Shown here: positions 39,421-52,300 of the stretch, in pieces
Layout: every line of letters begins with the position of its first letter
Position numbering within the stretch: position 1 is the stretch's first letter
Assembly: GCA_030141605.1 (NCBI GenBank)
Contig: JAQGDQ010000244.1
Span: forward strand, 1-64,000
Source: Tubiluchus corallicola
Taxonomy: Eukaryota > Animalia > Priapulida
DNA length: 64,000 nucleotides
Direction: 5' to 3'
Position numbers and translations under genes: made by a program
Notes under the pieces: generated by a model
Databases searched by the model: none
Told to the model about the DNA's origin: nothing
What the model saw: the letters and a program-made list of their open reading frames with translations, nothing else

Positions 39421-40119
39421 TGCTTACTTTACTTTGTTTACTTACTTATTTACTTTATTTTGTTTTTTGTTATAGCGTCTATAGATACATGTATGTGTGC
39501 ATGAGGTTGCAGATTTGATATGTTAAACTGCATAGTATTAGACTTATATTGGTGAACTTTAAATTGCCTTTTGGCCAGTTACTGATAAACTGGAAATTAC
39601 CTCTGAACTATATTTCTGGTTGTATATAGCTAGTGTTGAGAAAGTCATCTAGTGATCCAAAAATACGTTGAAACGGGGGTATTCTTACACTTTTCTCTTC
39701 TGTAAATGTGGTTTAGTTTTTTAGCTTAATAAAATTTTTATTGCCTTTTACCTTGAGACCTTGTTTTGGTGATCTGTTTAAAACAATGACCTCACTGGTG
39801 TGCTAGTAAGTCGAAGGATCATTGCAGAACTCAAACAGCTGAAAACTAAGACCCTGGTGACCTACCTTATCTCCATACTACAGCTAATGTTTATTCAACA
39901 GGGTCTGATGATCACAGTAAACGTTTTATGTTATATGACAAACACGATAACATTGCTTGATTTTTGTCTGTTTGCTGAATAACGTGGTACTCATGTTCTG
40001 TATCAGCTGATCAAATAATACCATAGAGAAAAGGTTAATATTGAACAATCTGCCTTGTATGCATAATTTCTTTTACTCTGTGTTGTAGTGTCGTGGAAAG
40101 CTGCTAATTGTTTGCAAAA

Positions 40120-40384
40120 ATGGTGCCAGACAAAATGATATCCTATGACGACCACGGATGCCTGCACGATATGTTTCGGAGGCAGGCATCCGAAACGCCT
40201 GATGCCATTGCCATTGTCGCAGAAGACGAAGGCAAAAAGATTACATTCCGTCAACTTGATGAACTCACGAATATCTTGGCTGTACATTTGCAGCACTTGG
40301 GAGTTGTGCCAGATTCGTCGGTGGGAATCTACCTTCCCCGATGCTCTGAATACGTGATAGCTTATATAGCAATATTGAAGGCCG
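40120..40384 (+). CDS. NRPS-like exon 1 (A-domain start: CLHDMFRRQASETPDAIA...TFRQLDE...ILKA)
   Basis: ATG at 40120, acceptor tgttgtAG at 40088, donor GTaagg. Confidence 0.88.
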
Positions 40385-43300
40385 GTAAGGTTAATTTATT
40401 ACTTTTTTAATTTTAGTATTATTACCAGTATACAAGTATACGATACTAGTATACCAGTAGTGCAAAATAATTTTGCTTTAAACTTTTAATTTGCCAGCTG
40501 GGCTTTCGTTGCAGTTTTTTGGTAGCTTATTGATTTATTATAGATGCTTGTAGTGCGAAATACTAAATGACTTTTTGAAAAGTACAAATTAAAAATTTCA
40601 TGTTCCTATATTACCTTTGTTCATGCAACAAATAAGTAATCAACTAGATCTACCAATTAAATTACGTCTGGGGAAAGCCCAGCGGCGGATTATGATTTTA
40701 TGGGCCTTAGGCTTGAACTTGGAACGGGCCTTTTAAATGTTGCTACACTGCTGAGCTGACGTGTTTTTTGGAAACTGAAATTTTGAACTTAAACTTAAAC
40801 TGTGTAAACGTGAATTGTGTAAACTTAAATTGTGTAAACTTGAATTGTGTAAACTTAAATTGTGTAAACTTGATTTGTGTAAACCCGATTTGAAATATAG
40901 TGACTGACTTTTGAAAAAAAAACTTTTTTCTATATTTTATTTTGGCGGGCCCCTTGCTCTTTTGTCAATTTATTTTTTTTTTTTACAAAAAAAATTTTTT
41001 CGTTTTATTTTGCCGGGCCCCTTTTGATCCCGGGCCTTAGGCTTCAGCCTATTCAGCCTATAGGGCTATCCGCTACAGGGAAAGCCGTAAACTTCTTTGT
41101 TTGCTATATAACAAAATATAGTTATATTTGATATTGTTCAAACATATATAAAACATGCTCGTCGATTTGCTTATTAGTGCGGTACATTTTACTAGTTTTG
41201 CTTATTAGTATGGAGCACTGTAGGAATACATGTATTTCATTGTATATTAATCCATTTTTGTGTATTTTATCTGCAATAGTTGTACCACCTGTATACCATT
41301 TCTTCTTCCTGCGACCTGTTTATCACTGGTTACCATGGCTAAAGTATTTATTTTTTGTTGTCTCTTTGACAATAATAAAAGTACGGTTATATAAAAAAAA
41401 GATAGTGTTGTGTAGGTAGAAGTAATACGTCATGTGCATGTTCTAGATATAAATTACATAATTTTATGTTACTAGGTGGTGCCTACATGCCGATTGATAT
41501 CTCATACCCAAGAACCCTGCTGGAATCCATATTTGAAGATGCTGAACCCGTTACAGTGTGCACAACAGAGTCTTTGTCTCAGAGTATAGTTGGTACGGAA
41601 AATCATTTCTGTTACTATAAAGGATATCAATTTCATATTCATTGTGTACTATCATGTTGTTAATTTGTAATAAATAGAGGCTGAAGCTGAGTCAGTTGCT
41701 ACTGCATCCGTTGACTCACAGAAAATCAGCTAGCTCGGCTGAAGCTCTCTCAGTTGCTACTACTTCAGCTGACTCACACAGTAAATCAGCTAGCTCGGCT
41801 GAAGTTGAGTCAGTTGCTACTACATCAGCTGACTCACACAGTAAATCAGCTAGCTCGTCTGAAGCTGAGTCAATTGCTACTACATTAGCTGACTGACACA
41901 GTAAATCAGCTAGCTTGGCCGAAACTGAGTCAGTTGGTACTACATCAGCTGACTCACACAGTAAATCAGCTAGCTCGGCTGAAGCTCTGTCAGCTGGTAC
42001 TACATCAGCTGACTTGCACAGTGAATCAGCTAGCTCGGCTAAAGCTGAGTCAGTTGCTAGTGCATCCGTTGACTCACACAGTAAATCAGCTAGCTCAACT
42101 GAAGCTGAGTCAGTTGCTACTACATCAGCTGACTCACACAGTAAATCAGCTAGCTCGTCTGAAGCTGAGTCAATTGCTACTACATCAGCTGACTGACACA
42201 GTAAATCAGCTAGCTTGGCCGAAACTGAGTCAGTTGGTACTACATCAGCTGACTCATACAGTAAATCAGCTAGCTCGGCTGAAGCTCTGTCAGTTGGTAC
42301 TACATCAGCTGACTCGCACAATGAATCAGCTAGCTCGGCTAAAGCTGAGTCAGTTGCTAGTGCATCCGTTGACTCATACAGTAAATCAGCTAGCTCAACT
42401 GAAGCTGAGTCAGTTGCTACCACATTAATTGACTCACACAGTAAATCAGCTAGCTCGGCTGAAGCTGAATCAGTTGCTACGAATCAGCTGACTCACACAG
42501 TAAATCAGCTAGCTCGGCTGAAGCAGAGTCAGTTGCTACTACATCCGTTGACTCACACAGTAAATCAGTTAGCTCGGCTGAAGCTGAGTAAGTTGCTACT
42601 ACATCAGCTGACTCACACTGTAAATCAGCTAGCTTGACTGAAGCTCAGTCACTTGTTACTACATCAGCTGACTCACACAGTAAATCAGCTAGCTTGGCCG
42701 AAACTGAGTCAGTTGGTACTACATCAGCTGACTCATACAGTAAATCAGCTAGCTCGGCTAAAGCTGAGTCAGTTGCTAGTGCATCCGTTGACTCATACAG
42801 TAAATCAGCTAGCTCAACTGAAGCTGAGTCAGTTGCTACCACATTAATTGACTTACACAGTAAATCAGCTAGCTCGGCTGAAGCTGAATCAGTTGCTACG
42901 AATCAGCTGACTCACACAGTAAATCAGCTAGCTCGGCTGAAGCGGAGTCAGTTGCTACTACATCCGTTGACTCACACAGTAAATCAGTTAGCTCGGCTGA
43001 AGCTGAATAAGTTGCTACTACATCAGCTGACTCACACTGTAAATCAGCTAGCTTGACTGAAGCTCAGGCAGTTATTACTACATCAGCTGACTCACACAGT
43101 AAATCAGCTAGCTCGGCTGAAGCTGAATCAGTTGCTACCAATCAGCTGACTCACACAGTAAATCAGCTAGCTCGGCTGAAGCTGAATCAGTTGCTACCAA
43201 TCAGCTGACTCACACAGTAAATCAACTAGCTTGACTGAAGTTGACTGACTTTTCAGCTGAGTTGGCTTAAAGAAAAAATCAGTTCAGTTAGCTAAAGCTA

Positions 43301-46300
43301 CGAATTTTTGTTAACTAAGTAAATGATAAATTGTTAGCTAACATGGAGACAAATAATTTGTGTTGCTTATACACAGAATAAAGCAGATGTACAAATTCAA
43401 GCAATGCATTAGAGATCAATTTTTTATTACTATAAAAAAGAAATGGATTTGTTGCAAATATAATTTAAATTCAACTCTTGGCGAGGCTTATCTTGATTAC
43501 CGACGAATCAATACAAAATCACCAAAAAAATCCTACACATGTGACTTATGTTGCCACTAAAGTTGGGATTTTTATCGGCTAGGTCGACTGTAGAAATAAT
43601 CCGGCTGGAGCTCAGCTGAAATGGCCTGGCTCTGGGCTCTACTTATAAATCAAGGAATCTTCAACTGTGTCAAAAACCTGTCAAATTCTGCAGACCTTAT
43701 GCTGCATTCTGTTGGCTTGCAATTCTGCAAACTCATTCTTGTGGTCTACACAGTTGCATCTGTTATCATTGTCCAGTAAAAATATCTATCAGTAACTTGT
43801 TAGCCAATGCCAGCACTGCTTTCCTAGTTTTCACTCCAGTAGCAACTGTACTGTAGTTAGGTAAATATTGCCTAATTTTTTTTATTAAAAGTAGAGATGC
43901 ATTTTCTAAAATCAGAAGTTTGGAAAATTAATAAGCTAAAAGTATTTTTACATTAGAAAGCATCTAAAAATAACAAAACATCTAAGCAACGGGTCGCATA
44001 ATTATAACACAATACGAAATGACAAAAAATCACATTCATGTAATGCACTCTTTGTTCTTACATCGTACATCCCTATCTCTTGGTTTTATCATTGTTTAGA
44101 ATAATTCAGTAATAAAAACAGTGACGCTTTAAGTTGTAAGAACATTGATTTCTTTACTGAATAACAGTTACACGAGTAATTGACTACGATGCAAATTTAA
44201 CACTACGTTTATATTCAAGAACCAGTTTGCAAGGGCAGATTTATGTAAACAGGATAAAAAACACTTTAATTAGAGATATGCGTAGTTCTCGACATAAACC
44301 TTTGATCCAGACATCGATTTGTTTATTGTTAATCAGCTTACAGGTTTATAATAACCACTGCATAATTTTGCAGATTTGCTTCCTGAGTTAGTGCTTCTGG
44401 ATGCAGATTGGGCAGATAAACTTTCCAGAAAAAATTTGGATCTTCCACCGCTAGCTGCTCCTAAGTTATCTTTGGATAATTTAGCTTACACTGTTTACTC
44501 TTCTGGAACCACCGGGAAGCCAAAAGGTTTGTGCTCGTTTGTTTAATTAACTGTTTGTCATTAATTACGTAAAACTTGAAGCTTCAAAACAAGGAAATGA
44601 GAACATTTAAAAAATAAAGTGACAATAAAAGTGAAAACAAATGTGCGTGTTTGCGTAGCAAAATCATCCGTAAGTCGGCAATTAAGCTTTTCTAGTTATT
44701 CACATATCCTGAATCACCATTTCATGAGGATCATTTTGATACCAAGTTCATTGCTCTATGTTATTTGTAAGCTGAGATAATCCACATTGAAGTTGAAGTG
44801 CCGGCTGTGTACTGAAAATCATAATCTTGAGAAAATCAGTGTTAAAGTTAGCCATTGTTTTTGTCGAATTTCTACAAAGCACTTAGCAACTGTACAAATG
44901 TTGGTTGCTACAGATTTTGCAAGAATAAACTGAAGTTTTATTTAAATCCAGTAGATGGCTCTTCCTGACGAAGATCTGGGCTTGGCAACAGAAAAAACCC
45001 AAAGCAAAATGACAGCTTCCTGGAGTTACAATTGAAGTTTGAAAATAAAGAATTTTTACAAATGCAGTACTAGTTTCTAGCCAGAGAATTGAGCAGGGAG
45101 TTATAAAATTAGATTTTTAGTATTTTTTGAACACTTTCTTGATAATTTGATGCGAGAATATAAACGTCCAATATATTTAGTGTCCGTTTTTACAAAATGC
45201 AGTAAATTGACGTTTGACCAAATTTTTGGATCATTCTACATTGAAGCATCATAGCGTTTTTTAACTACACCGATTTATGGACAGTTTTGGTTTGCAAGCA
45301 CACATCTAACAAAGTATTACAGACATTACCGGAACACAAACGGAATAAAATAAACCATTTTTATGTAACCACAAGCAAAATTTATCAGTTACAAATGTTT
45401 GAAATCCTGCATTGCAAATTTCAAGCCATTTCAGGCAAACTGAATGCAAAGTTCTATTACAAGTGTTTAGAAATAGCAATTTTCAGATTTAAGGATTATC
45501 CATGGCTGAGTACCTATGGACATTAAAGGTGAGCATTAAACGTTCGCTTTCGATTCGAATGAGTGTTTTTAGGTCGAATTCGGTTCGAATCTAAAATTAT
45601 ATGTTCGAATGATTCAGCACTTTAGCCACATGCGTTCTTTATCATTAAAATGTTTGAAACAGCATGCAAGTAGCACAATTCAGCTGTAGTTTCTGTGCAA
45701 AATTTTTAACAAACTCATCATCATCTCTGGAGTCACACGTCATTTGACATGACCCTCCTGATCACTTTATTTCATGCTGCCCTGTCACCCTTAACTGCCC
45801 ATGTATCTGTATTTTTGATACCTAATGGTGTGTTGATAAGATCTTTTTGGATGAAATTGATGTAAGTCAGCAGCTGTCCTCCTTGTGGTTTCTTTTCTTT
45901 CTGCAGTGTTTCTTTGAAAGCTAACTTTAATGGACTGTCATCTAATTTTTTTAACAAATTATTAATGGTTTTACTGCAGAACAAAATCAAGTAATATGCA
46001 AGATCTTTGTAAGAGTACTTTTTTCTAGTATTTTGAGAACTTGCTTGAAAATCTTTCAAACTCAATTTGAAATTGATTCGGATTCGAATTACTGAAATTT
46101 GGTTTGATTCAAATTGGAAACTCATAAAATTGATTTGATTTGAGTTTGCTTTCTGTAGACAATGCTCACCCCTAATGGATATTAGATAAACTGCATATGT
46201 GTAAAAAAAAGAAACGGCTGATTTCATTACTGCTGGAGGTAAAGCTAAAACATACTATTCATCTTTTATCCTTTAAATTTTAGATTTCAGGGAGCGAAAT

Positions 46301-49300
46301 TTAGTTGAAAACGTAAAAATAGCATCAGCGTTGTTGAAAGATTTTAGAGTTTTAATTCCAATCTGTTACAAACATTCGAAAGTTATTGGAAATATGAGAA
46401 AAAAATGCTGTGTAAAGAAAAAAGGAAAAAGAATTGGAGGGTGGTACTAATTTCATCCATTTCAGTGAAATATTTTGTTAGTTTGCACAGCAGAACAGCT
46501 GCAGATGTATTGGGAGGGTATTTGGAAAAACAAAAACAAGATATGCAAAAATTTTGCATTGTATTTTTACCTGTTAATAATTTCCATTATCTCTATCACT
46601 CTGTATAGTAAATTGCATTCTATATAATTGCAATACAAAGTATTGTAATAATATTGTAATAGCATAATATATAATTGCAATGAAAGTATTGTAATAGTAT
46701 TATAATAGCAATGTAATAGCATTCTATATGATTACAATACAAAGTAATGTAATAATATTGTAATAGCATAATATATAATTGCAATAAAAGTATTGTAATA
46801 ATATTGTAATAGCATAGTATATAATTGCAATACAAAGTATTGTAATAGTATTCTAATAGTAATGTAAAAGCATTCTATATAATTACAATACAAATTAATG
46901 TAATAATATTGTAATAGCATAATATATAATTGCAATACAAAGTATTGTAATAGTGTTGTAATAGCATTGTAATAGCATTTTATAAAATTACAATACAAGG
47001 TAATGTAATAATATTGTAATAGCATAGTATATAATTGCAATACAAAGTATTGTAATAGTGTTGTAATAGCACTGTAATAGCATTCTATATAATTACAATA
47101 CAAAGTATTGTAATAGAACTGTAGTTTCATTTGAATCATTTTGTGATGTACCATTTTGAAAAGAACCTAAAATTTCAACTAAAAGAACAAGGCCTGAAAA
47201 CAGATTTATTTCTGTAGTTATTGTCTGCTAAATAGGTATTCAGTGTCCACATCGGGGAGCGGTTTTTTCTTACGTCTGGCGTCATGCCAACTATCCATAC
47301 CAACCAGATGACAGAGAGGCTTCTAACATATTCTTTGTCTGGGAAATGCTGAGACCTCTTCTTAAAGGTATCACCGTTACTCTTTTTATTACAATTTACT
47401 GATTCTTGGTATTTGATTATTACTTGAAGTGATCATTGAATCAGATTAGCTCATATGTCGTCTTTTAATATTTCTTCTGCAGGCTCATGTGACTGCATAA
47501 AAGCATGCATTTACGAAATATAAAATATATACTTTCAGCATTATCTGGTGAATTGAGGAGTTCACTTAATTAAAGTAAAACCTAATGCGATCTTAAACTG
47601 TAGGTCAAAACAATCTACTCTTTCAAATATTGAAAGGAAACATGCCATTTTTTAAAAAATGACTTGCGTGAAAAATTATCACCATAGAAATGTAATTTTG
47701 CTTTGTGCAGTTCGTTCTTCGCTGTTACCTGCATTCTGCCATTCCCTGGTTAGATACGACTTGTTGCACAAAAATTGGGGCTATACTTCTCATTTCACGT
47801 GTTCAGTTGTGATATAGTGCCAACATTCAAGAGCTCATGCTTGGGCAAGAGCACAGCGGTAAATTTGAATTTTAAACTTAAAATTTGCGAAGTTTTTGTA
47901 TGTCACACTCAGTATCTTACAGTAACACTGTACGTCAATTTTCGCTTTTGCAAACACTTGCAACACGCTCGTGGAATATTTTTGCTGTTGAAAATTATGT
48001 TAGTTTGTGATGTCATCTATAGCTGTGCTCGCCCACCATTAATTAAGATTTTAATCAGTTATTTAATTATCACAAATGCTTTTGCAGGATTAATTGTGCT
48101 AAAATGTATAGTTTTTATCAGATTTGAAAATGGGGTAGTATATGAAAAATCATCCTGTCTTCATTTAATTAATTATTGTGTAGACTGTCAAGAATTTTTT
48201 TAGTATCTCTGGTATTTTGTTTGCTCTTGAAATGTCGGATGTTAATATAATCAAACTGAAAGTTTTTTGTATCTAAAGGAAATTTCTCAAAAAGCATAAT
48301 TATTAGAAATTAGCAGTTGTTGATCTTCACTGTAGTTCCTAGCAAGAGATAAAATGAATTCAAAGAACAATTGATTAAAACATCGTAATGCAAATACTTA
48401 TTTACAATAATATTACAAGGTGAGACGTACATATTAGATTACAGTAATATTACAAAATAAAGGTTAGACGTCACATTAATTAACGATAATAATTGTTAGT
48501 ATCTATTTAATCTGTGCACAGTTATGTACTATATAAGAACTATAGAGGACATTATAAAGATAACCTATATGTGATATATGCAGGGAAAACCTGTAGCTAG
48601 TATTTCACGAACCAGAGAGGTTTTTCCCAGGGAGGCACCTGCCTACACTTTTATAACACCGCATGCATTAAGCGATTACGTACTTAATGAGCTGGAGACA
48701 AAAATCACTTGGCTTTAAAGTTATTCGTTATACAATTAAAATACAGAAGACTACATTCTTACTATGTACAGAACACTCATAATTAACCATACAGTAGAAT
48801 ATATCTCGTTATAACTTTATATATACACAATGATTGTCCTATCAAAAATAACATTTCTGACAAGGAAGTGGTTTTCTCAAACTGCCCAAGAAATGCAGAG
48901 CTAGAAAAATATTGTATAAAAACTTTTCATCTTTAGGCATTCCTATGTACATTATTCCTGACACCATTATATACGATCCCAAAGAGCTATGCGATTTTTT
49001 GAGCAGAAATAAGATTACTAGAATTCTTCTCACTCCGTCGTTGTTTGAAGCAGTAATAGAGACACGACAGCTAGACCTTGCAGATTCGTTCAGATACATG
49101 AGGTAAGATCTTATTGTTACATAGATATTCACAGGCTGAGTTTGTACCCTGTTCTGCCACATGCATTGCATATAAAACAGTTAAAATGTAATATATTCTT
49201 AGAATAGAATAGAATAGAATAGAATATACTAGAATAGAATAGAATAGAATAGAATGGAATAGAATAGAATAGAATGCAGTAGAGTAAAATAGAATGGAAC

Positions 49301-52300
49301 AGAGTAGAATGGAATGGAATAGAATAGAATAGAATAGAATAGAATAGAATAGAATAGAATAGAATAGAATAGAATAGAATAGAATAGAATAGAATAGAAT
49401 AGAATAGAATAGAATAGAATAGAATAGAATAGAATAGAATGCAGTAGAATAAAATAGAATAGAACACAATAGAATAGAATGGAATGAAAAACAATACGTT
49501 TCCTGATTAATGCATATAAGTTTTGTTAAATACATGTCTTTGTTCAGGCAAGTGTGGTTCAATGGTGAAGTGGTTACTACTGCTTTGTTGAAACGAGGCT
49601 CACAGTTGCTGCCTTCAGTTCGGTTCATCAATCTCTACAGTACATCTGAGTCGCATGATACCGCTGTCTGTGACTTGACGCACGAGCTTAAAAATGATCC
49701 GGTACAATTATAAGTACTTTGTGCATAAGTTTACTGTATATTGAGATGATGGGTATTAATTCTTTGATGTTTGAATGAACATAATGCCACAGAATTTGTT
49801 GCTTAACGTGTTCGGGACCATAAGCATTTGCACCATTTTGCACGGGTTCGTGAAAATCTGCTCTCACTAAGCAACGATTACGTTACATTTGATAATTTTT
49901 GTAGGTTTCTACTCCTCACACAATGGACTTTCATGCAAAACTATATATAAAATGCATCTGGTTACCTTAGACAAATTAAAAATCGATTTTTGACAAATAA
50001 ATTAAAAGAAATTGAACTAAATTTGTTTAGTCAATGGTCATTCTTTTGTTTTTAGATATTTACATTAAATGATATTAATGAAATTGGTGCAAATTGTTTA
50101 AATATAGATTTTTCTAGGGACTGTTTGACAGAATGTTTTGCCCTGTTGGGCGTCCTTTGCAAGGAGTGCACATTTTGGTGTTAGATGAAGACAACAGAGC
50201 AGCATCTGTTGGTGTTGCTGGCGAGGTAAGTTTAGTTTTCTAAATATTTACAAGAAAGTTTTTGTTGGTTTCAGTTTACATGGATTTGAATAGTTCGTTC
50301 TCTGCTTCTGTTCCAGATACTAATTGGAGGTCCAACTCTAGCAAGAGGTTACTTGAATAGGCCACAGGTTAATGCTCAGCGGTTTATCACACGGCCTAAT
50401 GGCATTTCGAGTGATGTAGGGGATCGGCTGTACAGAACCGGTGACTGGGGTTACATATTGTCTGATGGGAGCCTCGAAATATGTGGACGATGTGATTCCA
50501 TGGTGAAAATTCGAGGGTACAGCATCGAAGTTCAGGTAGACTTGTTTGTTTTTAATATTTTCATGTGGAAAGTGTAATTTGATAAATATATCGTGATAGT
50601 GTATTATCACTATTATAGCTGTTAAGTATACAGAGATCGACATGTGGATTGGTTGATTCTCATTGTTAGGAAATCATGTTTGCAAGATGAGAGTTTAAAT
50701 GACAAGAAAGAAGGTGCCTGAAGTAGGTTTCGAAAAAATCACCTTAAAAAATTATATTACTTTATACCAATTTTATGCATATATTGTACTCGCGTTAAAA
50801 GAATATTTGCTTGTTTTCATTTTAAATCTTCCGCGCCACTGTTCCGACCGTGCCATTACATGACGCCTCTACACACAACGTAAATCAATATAAACAATAA
50901 TATTTTTTTCTATTTGAATTTTTGACAAATGGAAGAAACTTATAGTTATGTGTTGTGCATCTAACTGCAGTTCTTTCACTAAATGGTGATACCTGCCATA
51001 TTATTCTCTCCCCTGCAAAATGTTGTTCACCCAAAACCTGTGTTTTCTTTTCCGTCTAATAGTACAATAATAAGCTAATGCTGCAGCTGTAACTATCAGG
51101 CTTAAATTTAAACAGAGACATGATTTCCAAAAATTATAGCTTGCAATTTTCACGAATAGCGACCTAAAATGGCGGAAGGAGCGTCGTATTTGTTAATATG
51201 CATGGCGTTTACGCACACATGGAAACAGTCAATACGCATCATGCATTACGGATTACTTGCACATGGAGGTTGTAACCGAAGCCATTTTAAAACCCAACAC
51301 ACGCCGTGTCTTCATTTTTGTTTTCATTTCGTGCTTCTTGTTGATTTTGCGACAATTATTCTCTTTGCTTATTGTGTTAATTTGCTTATATTTTTGTGTT
51401 TCACAGGCAATTGAAGCTGGCCTCTTGGAATTACCAACAGTAAACAAGTGTAACGTGTTAGTTCATGGGAAAGAGGGAGAGGACAAATTTCTTGTGGCGT
51501 ACATTGTCCCAGTCGGACAGGCCACGAGAAAAGAAATACGCGCTGGTTTGAAGTTACGGCTTCCATTCTACATGATACCCTCTTACTTTGTGTTACTGTC
51601 AAGGTAATGATGACATTTAATTCTTAAACTACAGTGTTCTCTCACTTATCGCGGGCGTTCCATTCCAGGCACACCCGCGATAATTGAATTTCTGCGTAGT
51701 AGGGACGCTATACTTATTTTAGTAGTTATACATTATTTTAAGTCTTTATAAACCCATCCCACACTCTTATACATAACTCTTTCCCATTTCCTTAATAACT
51801 TTTCCCATACTGTACATGTACCTTTTAAAAAACTTTACTGAAATGTTCATAAAAATGTTTTAAACTCTTAAATCTGGATACGTAATTTTAAAAATTTGAA
51901 TTAAAAAAATCTCACTGTCGGCAAGTAGAATCTCAAGTGGGCTCAAGTACTACATTTCGTTTTTGGCGTGTATTCATCCGCTGAATAAATACATTATTTC
52001 CTGTAAATGGTAATTTTTTGTGATTTATAATATTCTTTTAATGTTAGAATTAATATTTTTAATATATTTTTATACATTTTGTGATTTTTTATGCAAAATT
52101 CATCAAATCTATACATTACTGTACAACACGTACTACGCATGTGCAAAAATACTTTTGACGGAGTACTGCAAAAACCCGCGAAACAGCGAAAATACCACGA
52201 TAAATATTTTACATTAATATTTTTGAAAACCCGTGAAACAGCGAGTCCATGATAAATGAACCGCGAAGTAGCGAGGGAACACTGTAATTATATTCTCAGT

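Noticed and set aside
41696-43056. Ser/Ala/Thr-rich ORFs resembling adhesin or mucin repeats
   Set aside because: Translation of a 60-bp minisatellite inside an intronic transposon; open on both strands with stops and frameshifts.
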